Shown one piece after another: positions 12,865-26,615 of a DNA stretch of 64,000 nt. The translations under genes and the position numbers were made by a program. The notes under the pieces are model-generated. The model saw nothing but the letters and a program-made list of their open reading frames with translations. It was not told where the DNA came from and did not search any database. The number at the start of each line of letters is the position of its first letter. Position 1 is the stretch's first letter. Source of the stretch: the human T2T-CHM13v2.0 reference genome, Homo sapiens. Location: assembly GCA_009914755.4 (NCBI GenBank), contig CP068257.2, positions 42,816,001-42,880,000 on the forward strand, written 5' to 3'.

Positions 12865-13004
12865 GAGATGGTGTCTCACTCTGTTGCCCAGGCTGGATTG
12901 CAATGGTCAGCTCACTGCAACCTCTGCCTCCTGAGTTCAAGTGATTCTCCTGCCTCGGCCTCCCAAAGTGCTGGGATTACAGGCGTGAGCCACCACGCGC
13001 TGCC
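12865..13004 (-). mobile_element. Alu fragment (internally deleted, ~140 bp)
   Basis: tttgagatggtgtctcactctgttgcccaggctgg...cctcccaaagtgctgggattacaggcgtgagccaccacgc. Confidence 0.7.
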
Positions 13005-13352
13005 AATGCAGCCCTTTTTAATAAATGACATGAGTCACAAGAGAATCTCCAAGAATTACTAGGTAAAACTACTTAGGAAGGAATACTTGGCTTCCAGGTA
13101 TTAAATTACACGAAAATGCTCAGTAAACAAATCAACCTACAATTGGCATAACTTTTGGAAAGGTTAAAGTTACAAATGTTGGAAATAAAAAGATTCTAGA
13201 ATAGAACTGGCTTTTTTTTTTTTTTTTCATTTTAGGGAAAAACATTCTTAAGGTAAAACAATGGAAGTAAGTGAAAATGGAAGATGCCTGTCCAGTGTGA
13301 CATGTTTGTGAAATATATAGTTTTATATATTTTAAAATATAAGTAACTAGAT

Positions 13353-13520
13353 CTGGGCTGGGCACAGTGGCTCACGCCTATAATCCCAGCACTTTAGGAG
13401 GCTGAGGCGGGTGGATCACCTAAGGTCAGGAGTCACTTGAACCTGGGAGGCGGAGGTTGCAGCGAGCCAAGATCATTGCACTCCGGCCTGGGCGGCAGAG
13501 CGAAACTCCATCTCAAAAGA
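13353..13520 (+). mobile_element. Alu (internally deleted) with short A-rich tail
   Basis: ggctgggcacagtggctcacgcctataatcccagcactttaggaggctgaggcgggtggatcacctaaggtcaggagt joined to the right-arm 3' end ...gcactccggcctgggcggcagagcgaaactccatctcaaaag. Confidence 0.7.
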
Positions 13521-13526
13521 AAAGAA

Positions 13527-13566
13527 GAGAAGAGAAGGGAAGGGGAGGGGAGGGGAGGGGAGGGGT
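13527..13566. repeat. (GGGGA)n simple repeat
   Basis: gggaaggggaggggaggggaggggaggggagggg. Confidence 0.7.
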
Positions 13567-13569
13567 TGC

Positions 13570-14238
13570 ATTGGGATTTTGATTGGAATTGCATAGAAAC
13601 TCCATATTAACGTGGGACATTTTACAATGCTAGGACATCAGTTTGAAGGTTTGTCTAAGTCTTTGTGTCCTGCAGTCTGATTTTGTTTATTTCTAGGGCA
13701 TGTGGACAGTTTTAACCAGGTCCTCTTCCCGTATGATGCGGGGAAGGGGACAGTGCGGTGAACTTTGCAGATGGCGAAAAGACCCAAGTTTTATGCGCCT
13801 AGACTAAGGAGGAGGATACTTCCCAAATGGTAGCTAATTTCTAGACGCTTGGTAGTTAAGTTTATTTGGAGGTGATAAGCATGTTGTTGGGAAATGATCT
13901 GGCTTACATGTGCTATGTGTGATCTATAATTACATGTCCTATGTAATGTTAAGGATTATCTGTACTGGGTGATACTCACATACTTGAGAACTGGGTTTGT
14001 GGATTTTGGCCTGGTTGACGTATGACAGGTTGTCACAACAGTTCATCTTCTTGCTTAATATTCATGCGGGGCACAACTTAATGTACAATAATACACAAAC
14101 GTACAATGTGTGATGAAACACATAGCACATCATTAAAAGTGGCAAGCACAATGTTCATGGTTATCGTAATAATTTATAGGAGTTTTTCCAATACTGACAT
14201 GGCAGTTAATATTAATTAATTGCACCTCAAGTATGAAT
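13570..14238. pseudogene. NUMT: control-region (D-loop)-derived segment
   Basis: Reverse complement contains recognisable TAS/HVS-I-like and central conserved blocks (gcgcataaaacttggg vs GCCCATAACACTTGGGGG; catgccctagaaataa vs CATAAAGCCTAAATAG). Confidence 0.6.
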
Positions 14239-14373
14239 GTCAGGGGGTAAAGTAGAATCACGCTTTGGGTACCAGTGGTGGAGCAGATAGCTTCTTCCTC
14301 GAATTGGCCTAGGGAGGAGTGCTCTCCATTTTTGGTTTACAAGACCAGAGTCACATAAATATACCACAAGGAC
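14239..14373. pseudogene. NUMT: tRNA-Pro (14239-14303, + strand) and tRNA-Thr (14304-14373, - strand) pseudogenes
   Basis: ctccaccactggtacccaaagcgtgattctactttacc vs CTCCACCATTAGCACCCAAAGCTAAGATTCTAATTTAAAC; gtccttgtggtatatttatgtgactctggtcttgtaaacc vs GTCCTTGTAGTATAAACTAATACACCAGTCTTGTAAACC. Confidence 0.6.
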
Positions 14374-15392
<1,019 letters not shown>

Positions 15393-16553
15393 CTTGTATG
15401 AGTCTGTTCTCACACTGCTGTAAGGAACTACCTGAGACTGGGTAATGGACGAAGAAAAGAGGTTTCATTGACTCACAGTTCTGTAGGCTGTATAGGAAGC
15501 ATGGCTGTGAGGCCTCAGGAAACTTACAACCATGGAGGAAGGCTAAGGGGATTCAGGCACCTTATTCACGTGACGGAGCAGGAGAAAGAGAGACAAGGGA
15601 AGAAGCGCCACACGCTTTTAAACCATCAAATCTCATGGGAACTTGCTCACTACTGAGGACTAAGCTCTCATTTTTTTTTTTTTTTTTTTTTTATCTTGCC
15701 CAAATTCCTATCTAGATGATCCTAAATCCTATCTGGATGGTCATGTCCTACAAACCATAAATTCTCATGAGATGGTTTTATTTAACCCTACATGTTGTGA
15801 CTTACTTTCCAGTCTGACTCTGGCATGACATTATGTGACAAAGAAGAAAGTCAAAATAATTTACCCCAAAACATGTTTCTTTGACATATCTTTGCTCTGC
15901 AAAGCTGTCCTTTGTGGGGGAAAATTTGCATCTCTAAAGAATCTGTATTAACATAGCTAGATCTTTTTCTTCCAAGTCCTCCCAATCCTGAAGAGATTAA
16001 AAGTCTAGCACCTTTTAAAGATTTAAATAGGAAACATTGTCATCTATTGTCTCTAAGGGCAGCCACTATGAGACTTCCAAAGAAACTTGGTCTCCACAAT
16101 CTTTTATCTTAACTAACATTTCCTTTCTATGATCCCAGGTCTTTAGACAAACTCAACCAATTGTTAACCAGAAAATGTTTAGATTCACCAAAAGCCTGGA
16201 AGTCCCCACTTTGAGTTGTCCCACCTTTCTGGACCAAACCAGTATATTTCTTAAATGTATTTGGCTGATGTCTCATGCCTCCCTAAAATCTACAAATCCA
16301 AGCTGTACCCCGACCACCTTGGGTACATGTTCTCAGGACCTCCTGAAGGCTGTGTCACAGGCCATGGTCACTCATATTTGGCTCAGAACAAATCTCTTCA
16401 AATATTTTACAGAGTCTGACTCTTTTTGTCGACACTATCATGAGAACAGCAAGGAGGAAATTCGCCCCTATGATTCAGTCGCCTCTCACCAGGCCCCTCC
16501 TCCAATTCGACATGAGATTTGGGTGGGGACACAAATCCAAAACATGTCACTCC
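15393..16553 (-). mobile_element. ERVL-MaLR LTR (THE1/MST-like), antisense, inserted into NUMT CYTB with 5-bp TSD (ctcct); itself split by a ~770-bp nested insertion
   Basis: Left arm tgtatgagtctgttctcacactgctgtaaggaactacctgagactgggtaat... and right arm ...cactatcatgagaacagcaagg...gacatgagatttgggtggggacacaaatcc are the two ends of a MaLR LTR in reverse complement. The CYTB reading frame is contiguous across the element (…MSFWG | ATVITNLLSAIP…). Confidence 0.75.
15668..16437 (-). mobile_element. Nested poly(A)-tailed retroposed insertion (family undetermined; possibly old L1 3' end) inside the MaLR LTR
   Basis: A 25-nt poly(T) tract at 15668-15692 (poly(A) in antisense) is followed by ~750 bp unrelated to LTR or mtDNA, placed between the two LTR arms. 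Confidence 0.5.
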
Positions 16554-17272
<719 letters not shown>

Positions 17273-17281
17273 AGCCATAGA

Positions 17282-17351
17282 CTTCTTACAGTTGAAATAC
17301 AATGATGATTTTTTGCATCATTAGTCATGGTTAAATGCCATGTGAGAATTA
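17282..17351 (+). pseudogene. NUMT: tRNA-Glu pseudogene
   Basis: cttcttacagttgaaatacaatgatgattttttgcatcattagtcatggttaaatgccatgtgagaatta vs mt tRNA-Glu GTTCTTGTAGTTGAAATACAACGATGGTTTTTCATATCATTGGTCGTGGTTGTAGTCCGTGCGAGAATA. Confidence 0.6.
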
Positions 17352-18208
<857 letters not shown>

Positions 18209-19548
18209 GAAAGTGGGGTGAGGAAAGAGAGAAAGTAAAGTTTGATTAGGCCTTTTTGGTTGGATACAGTTGTTGAGGTTAGTGTTTGGAGCTGCGTTGC
18301 ATTTGTTGGTATTGTTGTTCTATTCAGATCAGGTCTAGCTGGAGGGATGCTGTGTTTAGACCGGCAGTTAGATTCAAGTGTGGTGTCGGGCCAGGTGAAT
18401 TGGAATTGGGAAATATTCTAATAGGTTGGAAATTTATGTGGGTGTAAGCGGGGTTCAAATCTGAGATGACGTATGATGAAGTTGCATTCTATTGCCACCG
18501 TAAATGCTGAGAAGCCACAGCAAGAGCTGTGAATTGTGGGTCTGAGGGTGTGGTTATGTGGGGCAGAGAGATGGGAGTCATGATGGTGGAGGTGAAGAAT
18601 CCGGCAGAGGCACCACCAACTGAGTTGATTAGAAGGGGTCACTTTCCTTGATGACACAACCAGGTTGTGAAGCCAGGTTGCTCTAAGAGCGGGAAGACAG
18701 CATTCGAGTGTGAAGGCAGCTGTGAGGGAGGAGGCGAGGGGCAGAATCAGGAGGGCGCAGGTGTGGGTATATGTGTGTTTGTGGTTTTGACGATCAGGTC
18801 TTTGGAGCAGGTGCCCCCGAGGAAAGGTGCACACATGCGCGCAAGGCTGCCGGTGACGTGTGAGGACGAGGTCAAGGGTAAGGCTTTCAATAGGCCCTCA
18901 TTTTTTTGAATGTCTTCCATGGCTGATGGTGGTCATGGGCCCAATTCGTGGGAGAATATCAGCGTTAGGGTTGAGAATGAATATGTGTTGAAATTCTCCC
19001 GTGTTGGAGCACAGTGGAAATCATGCTGCAATGAAACCGATTCTCCCATGAGGTCGTAGAAGCTGCTTGCAGGGCTGCTGCGTTAGCCTCTGCTCCATCA
19101 GCCAGGTGGTGGAAATGATATAATACCTACTCCTCCCCATCTGATACAAGTTGAACTGGATGGTTGGTGGTGACTAGGATTAGCAGCATGGTGAGAAATA
19201 TGGGTAGATATTTAAAGAATTGATTGGTATTAGGATCTGAGTGCATATGTTACATTGAGAACTCTGTAAATCACCATGTGACAAAAAGTGCTATTGGTAA
19301 TAATCGCGTTTAAAACTAAGTGAGAGCTTTCGGGTTTGGATAGTTATTCAGGGTCAGTGTGAGATAATAGTTGCTTGGCCCGAGTGAATAAACATGAGAG
19401 CTGGGGTAATTCTGGTAATGAAGTTTGCACACTGTGGACGTCTTTACTGAATTGGGTAGGCGTTATCTCGACAGGTGCTGGTTGAGTAATAACAGTTGGT
19501 GAAGTCAATAAGATTCATGAAGTTAGAATGAAAGAGGAGAATACATTT
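18209..19548 (-). pseudogene. NUMT: MT-ND5 pseudogene (appears ~0.4-0.5 kb shorter than the 1812-bp gene)
   Basis: Reverse complement aligns at the ND5 5' end and at ttcttcaaatatctac...ggctgagagggcgtagg. Minus-frame HLSAPHNHTLRPTIHSSCCGFSAFTVAIECNFIIRHLRFEP matches ND5 [39 protein letters not shown]. Confidence 0.7.
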
Positions 19549-19620
19549 ATTACTTTTATTTGGAGTTGCACCAATTTTTTGATTCCTAAGACCGATGGAT
19601 TACTTCTATCCTTTAAAAGT
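19549..19620 (-). pseudogene. NUMT: tRNA-Leu(CUN) pseudogene; right-hand end of the NUMT
   Basis: Reverse complement ctctcaacttttaaaggatagaagtaatccatcggtcttaggaatcaaaaaattggtgcaactccaaataaaagta vs ACTTTTAAAGGATAACAGCTATCCATTGGTCTTAGGCCCCAAAAATTTTGGTGCAACTCCAAATAAAAGTA. Sequence to the right (A-rich then non-mt) is unrelated. Confidence 0.6.
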
Positions 19621-19699
19621 TGAGAGAGAAAAAACAAAAAACAAACAAAAAAAACTAGTTAAGAGTTGGTCACAGCCGACACCAGGAAAAGGCAGTCTT

Positions 19700-20565
19700 C
19701 CAATAGACAGAAAGCACCGCACCTGAAGCTGGTGATCTGCAGCTTCCCAGTAAGACCTCAGGAGTTGGGCGAGTGGGTTCAAGCACATTAAGAAGCAAAG
19801 TGGTGAAGTTTAACTGGTATGTGACCTTCCGCTGGAATGCTCAGCTGGCAAGGGAAGAGCACCTCAAGTGAGCATGTGTACAATTTCAGGGCACACATTG
19901 TGCACGCAGCCCCTCCCACATGCTGGCAGGCCACGGCGCGCGTGACAGCCCACCCCAAGGGAAGAATCACAGGAGAAGAGACGCAGACCCCGGAACCATG
20001 CCAATGTATAAAAACCCAAGTCAAAAGTCAAACTGTGCACTTGAATCTTCCAAGTCGCCCACTTGACCCTCTTCCAAGTGTACTTTACTTCCTTTTGTTC
20101 CTACTCTAAAACTGTTTAATCAACTTTCACTTGTGCTCTAAAACTTGCCTCAGCCCCTCACTCTGCCTTATGCCCCTCAGACGAGTTATTTCCTTTGAGG
20201 AGGGAGGAATTGAGTTACTTCAGGCCCGGATGGATCCACCGCTGCTGACGTACTTTGGTGCTGACGTACTTTGGTGCCGTGACTCGGATACATTCCCTAG
20301 AGGTAAGAGATCTCTACGCTTTGCCTTCATGAATATTCCTCTTGCTTCCTCCCACTTCCTCCCATAGCCAAGGGATTGTCCCATCTGCTTAAGCATTTGT
20401 TCTTCATGTTACCCCGGGAGGACGAGGAACCCCAAATACAAATCTTCCTCCATTTCTCTAATCACTTCCATGCTCTTCTCAATATGCACCAAGACCTTCA
20501 AGGTCATATCTGAAGGGAGGGGAGTCCGACCCCCTGTGGCAATTAGCCAAAAAAAAAAAAAAAGG
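19700..20565 (+). mobile_element. LTR-like ERV fragment (TATA box tataaaaacc, family unassigned) ending in an A-run
   Basis: ccatgccaatgtataaaaacccaagtc and surrounding sequence resemble the U3/R region of class-I ERV LTRs, including the provirus LTR at 29.8 kb. No confident family call. Confidence 0.3.
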
Positions 20566-20569
20566 CTTC

Positions 20570-20924
20570 TGATATGGTTTAATCTCATCTTAAATTGTAA
20601 TGCCCACATGTTAAGAACGAGACCTGGTGGGAGGTGATTGGATTGTGAAGCAGTCTCCCCAGGCTGTTCTTGTGATGGTGAGTGAGTTCTCATGAGATCT
20701 GATGGTTTAAAAGTGATTGGCAGTTCCTCCCTTGCTCTCTCTCTCCTGCCACCCTGCAAGCTGTGCCTTGCTTCCCCTTCACGTTCTGCCATGATTGTAA
20801 GTTTCCTGAGGCCTCCCCAGTCATGAAGAACTGTGAGTCAATTAAACCTCCTTTTTAAATAAATGACCCAGTCTCAGGCATTCTTTATAGCAGTGTGAAA
20901 ATAGACTAATACAGCTCCTCATCT
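20570..20924 (+). mobile_element. ERVL-MaLR solo LTR (THE1/MST-like), sense orientation
   Basis: tgatatggtttaatctcatcttaaattgtaatgcccacatgttaag...cagtgtgaaaatagactaataca, matching the MaLR LTR termini (TGATATGG...AGACTAATACA). Confidence 0.8.
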
Positions 20925-20949
20925 CCTTCAAGAACATGGGAACTGGGAA

Positions 20950-21960
20950 TCCGAGAAGAGATACCACCTTGTTGCTAGCATGCTCCAAGTGAGAGTCACT
21001 ATCAGGTCATGGAGATGAGGATATAGGATGGCCCAAGGCCGCAGGTGCAAGAGACCCATAGGACAGAGATGAAGGTTTTTCCCAGGCTATCAGATTACCA
21101 TTAGAACAGAGATGAAGGCAAGGTGAGGGGTACACAGACCAGTTCATTCCACAACCCCAAGGATGAACACGGGGCCCCCTGTTCATTCTGGCATCTTCCT
21201 TGTTCTCATGCGGGTAATTGTGACAAAATGGGACCAAGGTTAAGGGTACGTCGTAAAATGGGTTCATTCTGGAACCCTAAGGATGAATGGGGGTGCCCTG
21301 TTCAGGAAAGGATAATAAGGAAATAACAGGGGACTCCTTCTTTTTCCTTTTTTTTCCTCCTCTGTTCTCTCTGGATAATCACATCTCTATACCACAGGAC
21401 ACACCCCTTAAATGCATCCCCAAGAACTGGGAAAAATTTGATCCTCCAAAGCTTAAAACAAAAAACTCACTTTCCTTTGTAATAAAAAGGAACTGGGAGA
21501 AAATTACAAGAGTCAACCTTAGAACCCAGTGTCCCTATGCAGAAAAATCCTCAAATTAGCCTCCTCAGTTGTTTATAACTGAGAGCAGAATAAGGAGGAC
21601 AGGGCTAAGGAGAAGGAGAAACGCAGGGACAAGAGGCAGGCTCAACTATTGGCTGTTTTACAAGCCCTCCCGCCCCTCCAGGTTGCCCTCAGAACACCCT
21701 CCCAGGTAACTGCCATCGCTGCGGGAAGCCAGGCCACTGGAAGGCAGACTGCATCAGTCGGACAAATGGGAGGAAGCTCCACACAGCTGGCCCCCTCCGC
21801 CACACTCAGCCAGTGGAACAGGACTGCCCTGAGGGCTGAAGGGCCCTGGGACAGATTCTCAACCCCTGATGACTTTCAGCTGAAGGAACTGTCTGCACAG
21901 CTGGCCTCCAAGTCAGACATCGTATAAATTAACAAATTTCCTTGTCAATTGTGTCTAACT
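20950..21960 (+). mobile_element. Class-I (gamma-like) ERV gag remnant including nucleocapsid CCHC zinc knuckle
   Basis: Frame-shifted translations give KEKEKRRDKRQAQLLAVLQA (capsid C-terminal basic region) and NCHRCGKPGHWKADC (CX2CX4HX4C) around 21700-21750. Confidence 0.55.
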
Positions 21961-23559
21961 GCGGCTGCCCCAAGACTTATCATACACAGACAATTGTTGC
22001 TTCATTTTAATCCCCTTTAAAAGATGGTTTTATAATCAATATAGGACTCTAATAACAGGTGCTCTTAAGTCACCTGCCCCAGAGGGGAGGCTTGAGTGAC
22101 ACCTGGAGCTCCTGCACCATGGGGGAGACATGAGTGACACCTGAGCACCTGTATCTTGTAGGAGGTCTGGGTGTGACGTGAGCCCCTGCAGCAGAGGGGA
22201 GGCTTCAGGAACACCTGGAGCACCGGCATCTCACAGGAAGGAGGCTTGGGTGTGACCTGAGCACCTGCACCACGGGAGAGGCTTGGGTAGTGTGTGGACA
22301 CCTAGACCACAGGGAGGCCTGGGAACTGCCTGAGCACCTGCACCACGGGAGAGGCTTGGGTGACACTTGGGCACCTGCACCCAACACAGGTAGCAGTGAT
22401 CACAGTGAAAACATTTTGTTAGCAGTCGTCTGCTTCCTGTCCTGGCATGAGCAGCAACGGGTAAAGGGCACTCTTGTCAGCTGAGGGGATGAGTGGGGCT
22501 CTGCCCAGCTGGTTGGAGACTCCAGCAGGTTTGCAGGAGGAGACGGAAGAGCAAGGAGTGGAGGCAAAAACTGCTGCCAAGATCCTGTGGGAAAACAGGA
22601 ACCCAAAGAAGGAACTCCAATGGGAAACTAATTTAGACAACAATGATCTTAAAGTTTTTGCTCCTTCGAGACTGTTGAAAAGAACTCCCACGAGTGAACA
22701 AAAGACGCCTGGCCGAGGACACTCCAGAGTGCTGTCACGAGGGTTCCCTGCAGTTTTCAGAAACTTGGAGCATGTGGCCACAGCGGCTTGCACGTGATTC
22801 ATACGGCACATCTTGTCACCATGTAAATGTTTATCAGCAGAGACAAAGACCAGAAGAGCAACCTTGGAAAGAGCTAAATATTCCGATGTTCCAGCATTTT
22901 CCCCTCTGGTTTGTATTGTGAATTTTTAAAATCTCGATTGACAAGTTCTGGTGTTTTTAGTTTTGTTTCCACCCAGCAGTGCTGGTGCCCTTTGATTGTA
23001 AACAGAGCAGAGTGCACCGGGTGGGAGTGCATGTGGCTCCCTGCGTGTGCCTGGGTGCTGGCAGCACCTTGTCTGCCTCCTTCCTCCCTGGCGCCAGCTC
23101 CTGACGCAATCAGAGGCCCAGTGACACCCACAGCACAGGGAGGAAGTGCGTGGATGTCCAGGTCCCTCCACGGAGCACAGCTGTGTAGCTTCAGGTGCTC
23201 AGGGAGGATGCCCCATTCACTCCTCCCTCATGGGTAAACTGAGGCACAGGGATGGGGAACTGGCCAGTGGGACTAAACACAAGATGTCCTGACTCCTGTG
23301 TGGGACTGTTGCCTCTTTGGGCCTTGCATTCATCAGGGCTCAGCAAGGAAACAGAGCCACTAGGATGTGTGGAGAGGAGCAGAGACTTTGCACGAGGCAT
23401 TGGCTCCTGTGCGGTGTGGGCGGGCAGGCTCAGGACCCAGAAGAGCCCATGGTGCAGGCCAAGCCCAAAGGCAGGCTGCAGGAGAAGGCCTTCTGGCCCA
23501 GGGGGGCCAGCCTTCTTACTCTATTTTGGCCTTCAACTGATTGGAGGAGTGTAGGGACC

Positions 23560-24600
23560 AGCCCCACAGGGTTGGTGGGTCTCTCCCTGTGTGCAGCGAC
23601 GAGAGAGTGTAGAAATAAAGACACAAGACAAAGAGATAAGAGAAAAGGCAGCTGGGCCCGGGGGACCACTACCACCAATGCACAGAGACCAGTAGTGGCC
23701 CCGAATGCCAGGCTGCGCTGTTATTTATTGGATACAAGGCAGAAGGGGCAGGGTAAAGAATGTGAGTCACCTCCAATGATAGGTAAGGTCATGTGGGTCA
23801 CGTGTCCACTGGATGGGGGGCCCTTCCCTGCCTGGCAGCCGAGGCAGAGAAGGAGAGGAGACAGAGAGAAAGACAGCTTACGCCATTATTTCTGCATATC
23901 AGGGACTATTAGTACTTTCACTAATTGACTACTGCTATCTAGAAGGCAGAGCCAGGTGTACAGGATGGAACATGAAGGCAGACTAGGAGCATGACCACTG
24001 AAGCACAGCATCACAGGGAGACGGTTAGGCCTCCGGATAACTGTGGGCGAGTCTGACTCATGTCAGGCCCTCCACAAGAGGTGGAGGAGCAGAGTCTTCT
24101 CTAAACTCCCCCGGGGAAAGGGAGACCACCCCGCCCCCCTGCCGCTTTCCCGGTCTGCTAAGTAGCGGGTGTTGTTCCTTGACACCTTTTGCTACCGCTG
24201 GACCACGGTCCACCTGGTAACAGGCATCTTCCCAGACGCTGGCGTCACCGCTAGACCAAGGAGCCCTCTGGTGGCCCTGTCCGGGCATAACAGAAGGCTC
24301 ACACTCCTGTCTTCCGGTCACACTTCACTGTGTCCCCTCAGCTCCTATCTCTGTATGGCCTGGTTTTTCCTAGGCTATGATTATAGAGCGAGGATTATTA
24401 TAATATTGGAATAAAAAGTAATTGCTACAAACTAATGATTAATGATATTCATGTATAATCATATCTAAGATCTATATCTGGTACAACTATTCTTGTTTTA
24501 TATTTTATTATACTGGAACAGCTCGTGTCCTCTGTCTCTTGCCTTGGCGCCTGGGTGGCTTGCCGCCCACAGATGAGGCCCACCCACCTGCTTTACCCGA
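23560..24600 (-). mobile_element. Probable ERV LTR-derived repeat (unclassified), antisense
   Basis: Reverse complement carries an AATAAA followed by a gtctctgtgcattgg-type R/U5-like sequence. Weak by-eye call. Confidence 0.25.
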
Positions 24601-25653
24601 AGTTCACAGATTTAAAAATTAATCTCATCCAAAAACACACGCCAAATTGACCCATGAAGTTAACCATCACAGCTATCAGGTGGGGCTCTCAGAGGTCCCC
24701 ACAGCGCGCCTGACCTGGGTGGTTTCTCCCCTTCTCCCCGTCTGGCCACCTTGCCTCTGAGGGTACTTCCGGGGGCTCTGCCAGCAGGTGTACCCCAGGA
24801 TGACCAGCCTGCCCTGCCTGAAGCTGCCTCCCCACAGGCCCGGCCAGGTCCCTGATGGTCTCTGCACTTCCTCCAGTCACCCCTATCCTTCCTGGCCCCG
24901 CAGGCCCCACCTGCAACCCCAGTGAAATCTGAGCACCCCAGCCCTGAGAGGTGTGGCTGCTCCTCCATGGGTGGGGTTGGCAGATGGAGCTGATAAAAAT
25001 GCAGGCTGGCCAGTTACATCTGGATTTCAGATCGATAGCTGTCTTTCAGTGTAAGTACGTCCCGTGTAACATTTGGGATATACTTACACTAAAAAATGTA
25101 TTCATTGTTTATCTGAAATTCAGATTTCACCAGGCACCCTGCATGTTTATGTGGCATCCTCGGCCCCACCTCTCCTGAGGCCAGCAACTCCAGGCCAGAC
25201 ACACTGGAGCCCCTGGCTGCCCAGGGCCGGCCAAGGAGAGGCAAGGGCAGGGCCAGGCCTCAGGGATGGCGACAGCAGGGATGTGTGGGGGTGGGGGTCT
25301 CTGCTGCAGGCTGGGCTGGGCTTGGCACATCCCCATGCTCCACGCGCATGCAGGGGCGATGGGGGCGGCCTCTGAGGTCATGGAATTCCCTGGGCTCTCC
25401 TGGCCTCTGGGGCTCCTCATGCTCACAGGTTCTCTGGCCTGGCCCCTTGGCCCTGCTTTTCTGGCTCCCTGAGGAGGCTGTGACAGGTCAGCACCCACCA
25501 GCCCTCTCAGGGCTCCTGGTTACCTACTGGCCTGAAGGAGGCTCTGGAAAAATCAAAGCTTTTAGAAACTAGGAGGGTCTGGTTAGTCTTAAAATCCCAG
25601 ATGTGGACCTGCACCGAGAAGGAACAGGCTGGGAGTGGTCACTGCATTAGTCC

Positions 25654-26615
25654 ATTTTCACACTGCTGTGAAGAACTGCTTGAGACTGGGTAATTTAGAA
25701 AGGAAAGAGCTTTAATTGACTCACAGCTCAGCATGGTTGGAAAGGCCCCAGGGACACTCACAATCCCGGTGGAAGGGGAAGCAAGGCACCTTCTTCAGAA
25801 GGCGGCAGGAAAGAGAAGCAACGCAGGAGGAGCTACTGAGCATGTATGAAACCACCAGGTCTCCTGAGAGCTCACTGTCACAAGAACAGCATGGGGGGAC
25901 CACCCCATCATCCAGTCACCTCCACCTGGTCTCTCCCGTGCATGGGAACAGCATGGGGGGACCACCCCATCATCCAGTCACCTCCACCTGGTCTCTCCCG
26001 TGCATGGGAACAGCATGGGGGGACCACCCCATCATCCAGTCTCCTCCACCTGGTCTCTCCCGTGCATGGGAACAGCATGGGGGGACCACCCCATCATCCA
26101 GTCACCTCCACCTGGTCTCTCCCGTGCATGGGAACAGCATGGGGGGACCACCCCATCATCCAGTCACCTCCACCTGGTCACTCTCGTGCATGAGAACAGC
26201 ATGGGGGGACCACCCCATCATCCAGTCACCTCCACCTGGTCTCTCCCGTGCATGAGAACAGCATGGGGGGACCACCCCATCATCCAGTCACCTCCACCTG
26301 GTCTCTCCCGTGCATGAGAACAGCATGGGGGGACCACCCCATCATCCAGTCACCTCCACCTGGTCTCTCCCGTGCATGGGAACAGCATGGGGGGACCACC
26401 CCATCATCCAGTCACCTCCACCTGGTCTCTCCCGTGCATGGGAACAGCATGGGGGGACCACCCCACCATCCAGTCACCTCCACCTGGTCTCTCCCGTGCA
26501 TGAAAACAGCATGGGGGGACCACCCCATCATCCATTCACCTCCACCTGGTCTCTCCTGTGACACATGAGGATTATGGGGATTATGGGGCTTACAATTCAA
26601 GATGAGACACAGCTG
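25654..26615 (-). mobile_element. ERVL-MaLR LTR (antisense) whose internal segment is expanded into a 60-bp tandem array
   Basis: The left end cattagtccattttcacactgctgtgaagaactgcttgagactgggtaatttagaaaggaaagag... and the right end ...ggcttacaattcaagatgagacacagc are MaLR LTR ends. The tandem array lies between them. Confidence 0.75.
25884..26565. repeat. ~11 x 60-61-bp minisatellite (gaacagcatggggggaccaccccatcatccagtcacctccacctggtctctcccgtgcatg[ga])
   Basis: Direct reading. Units are >90% identical. The unit sequence corresponds to the ...acgagaacagcacggg...cccatgattcaattacctcccactgggtccctccc segment of the MaLR LTR. Confidence 0.85.
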
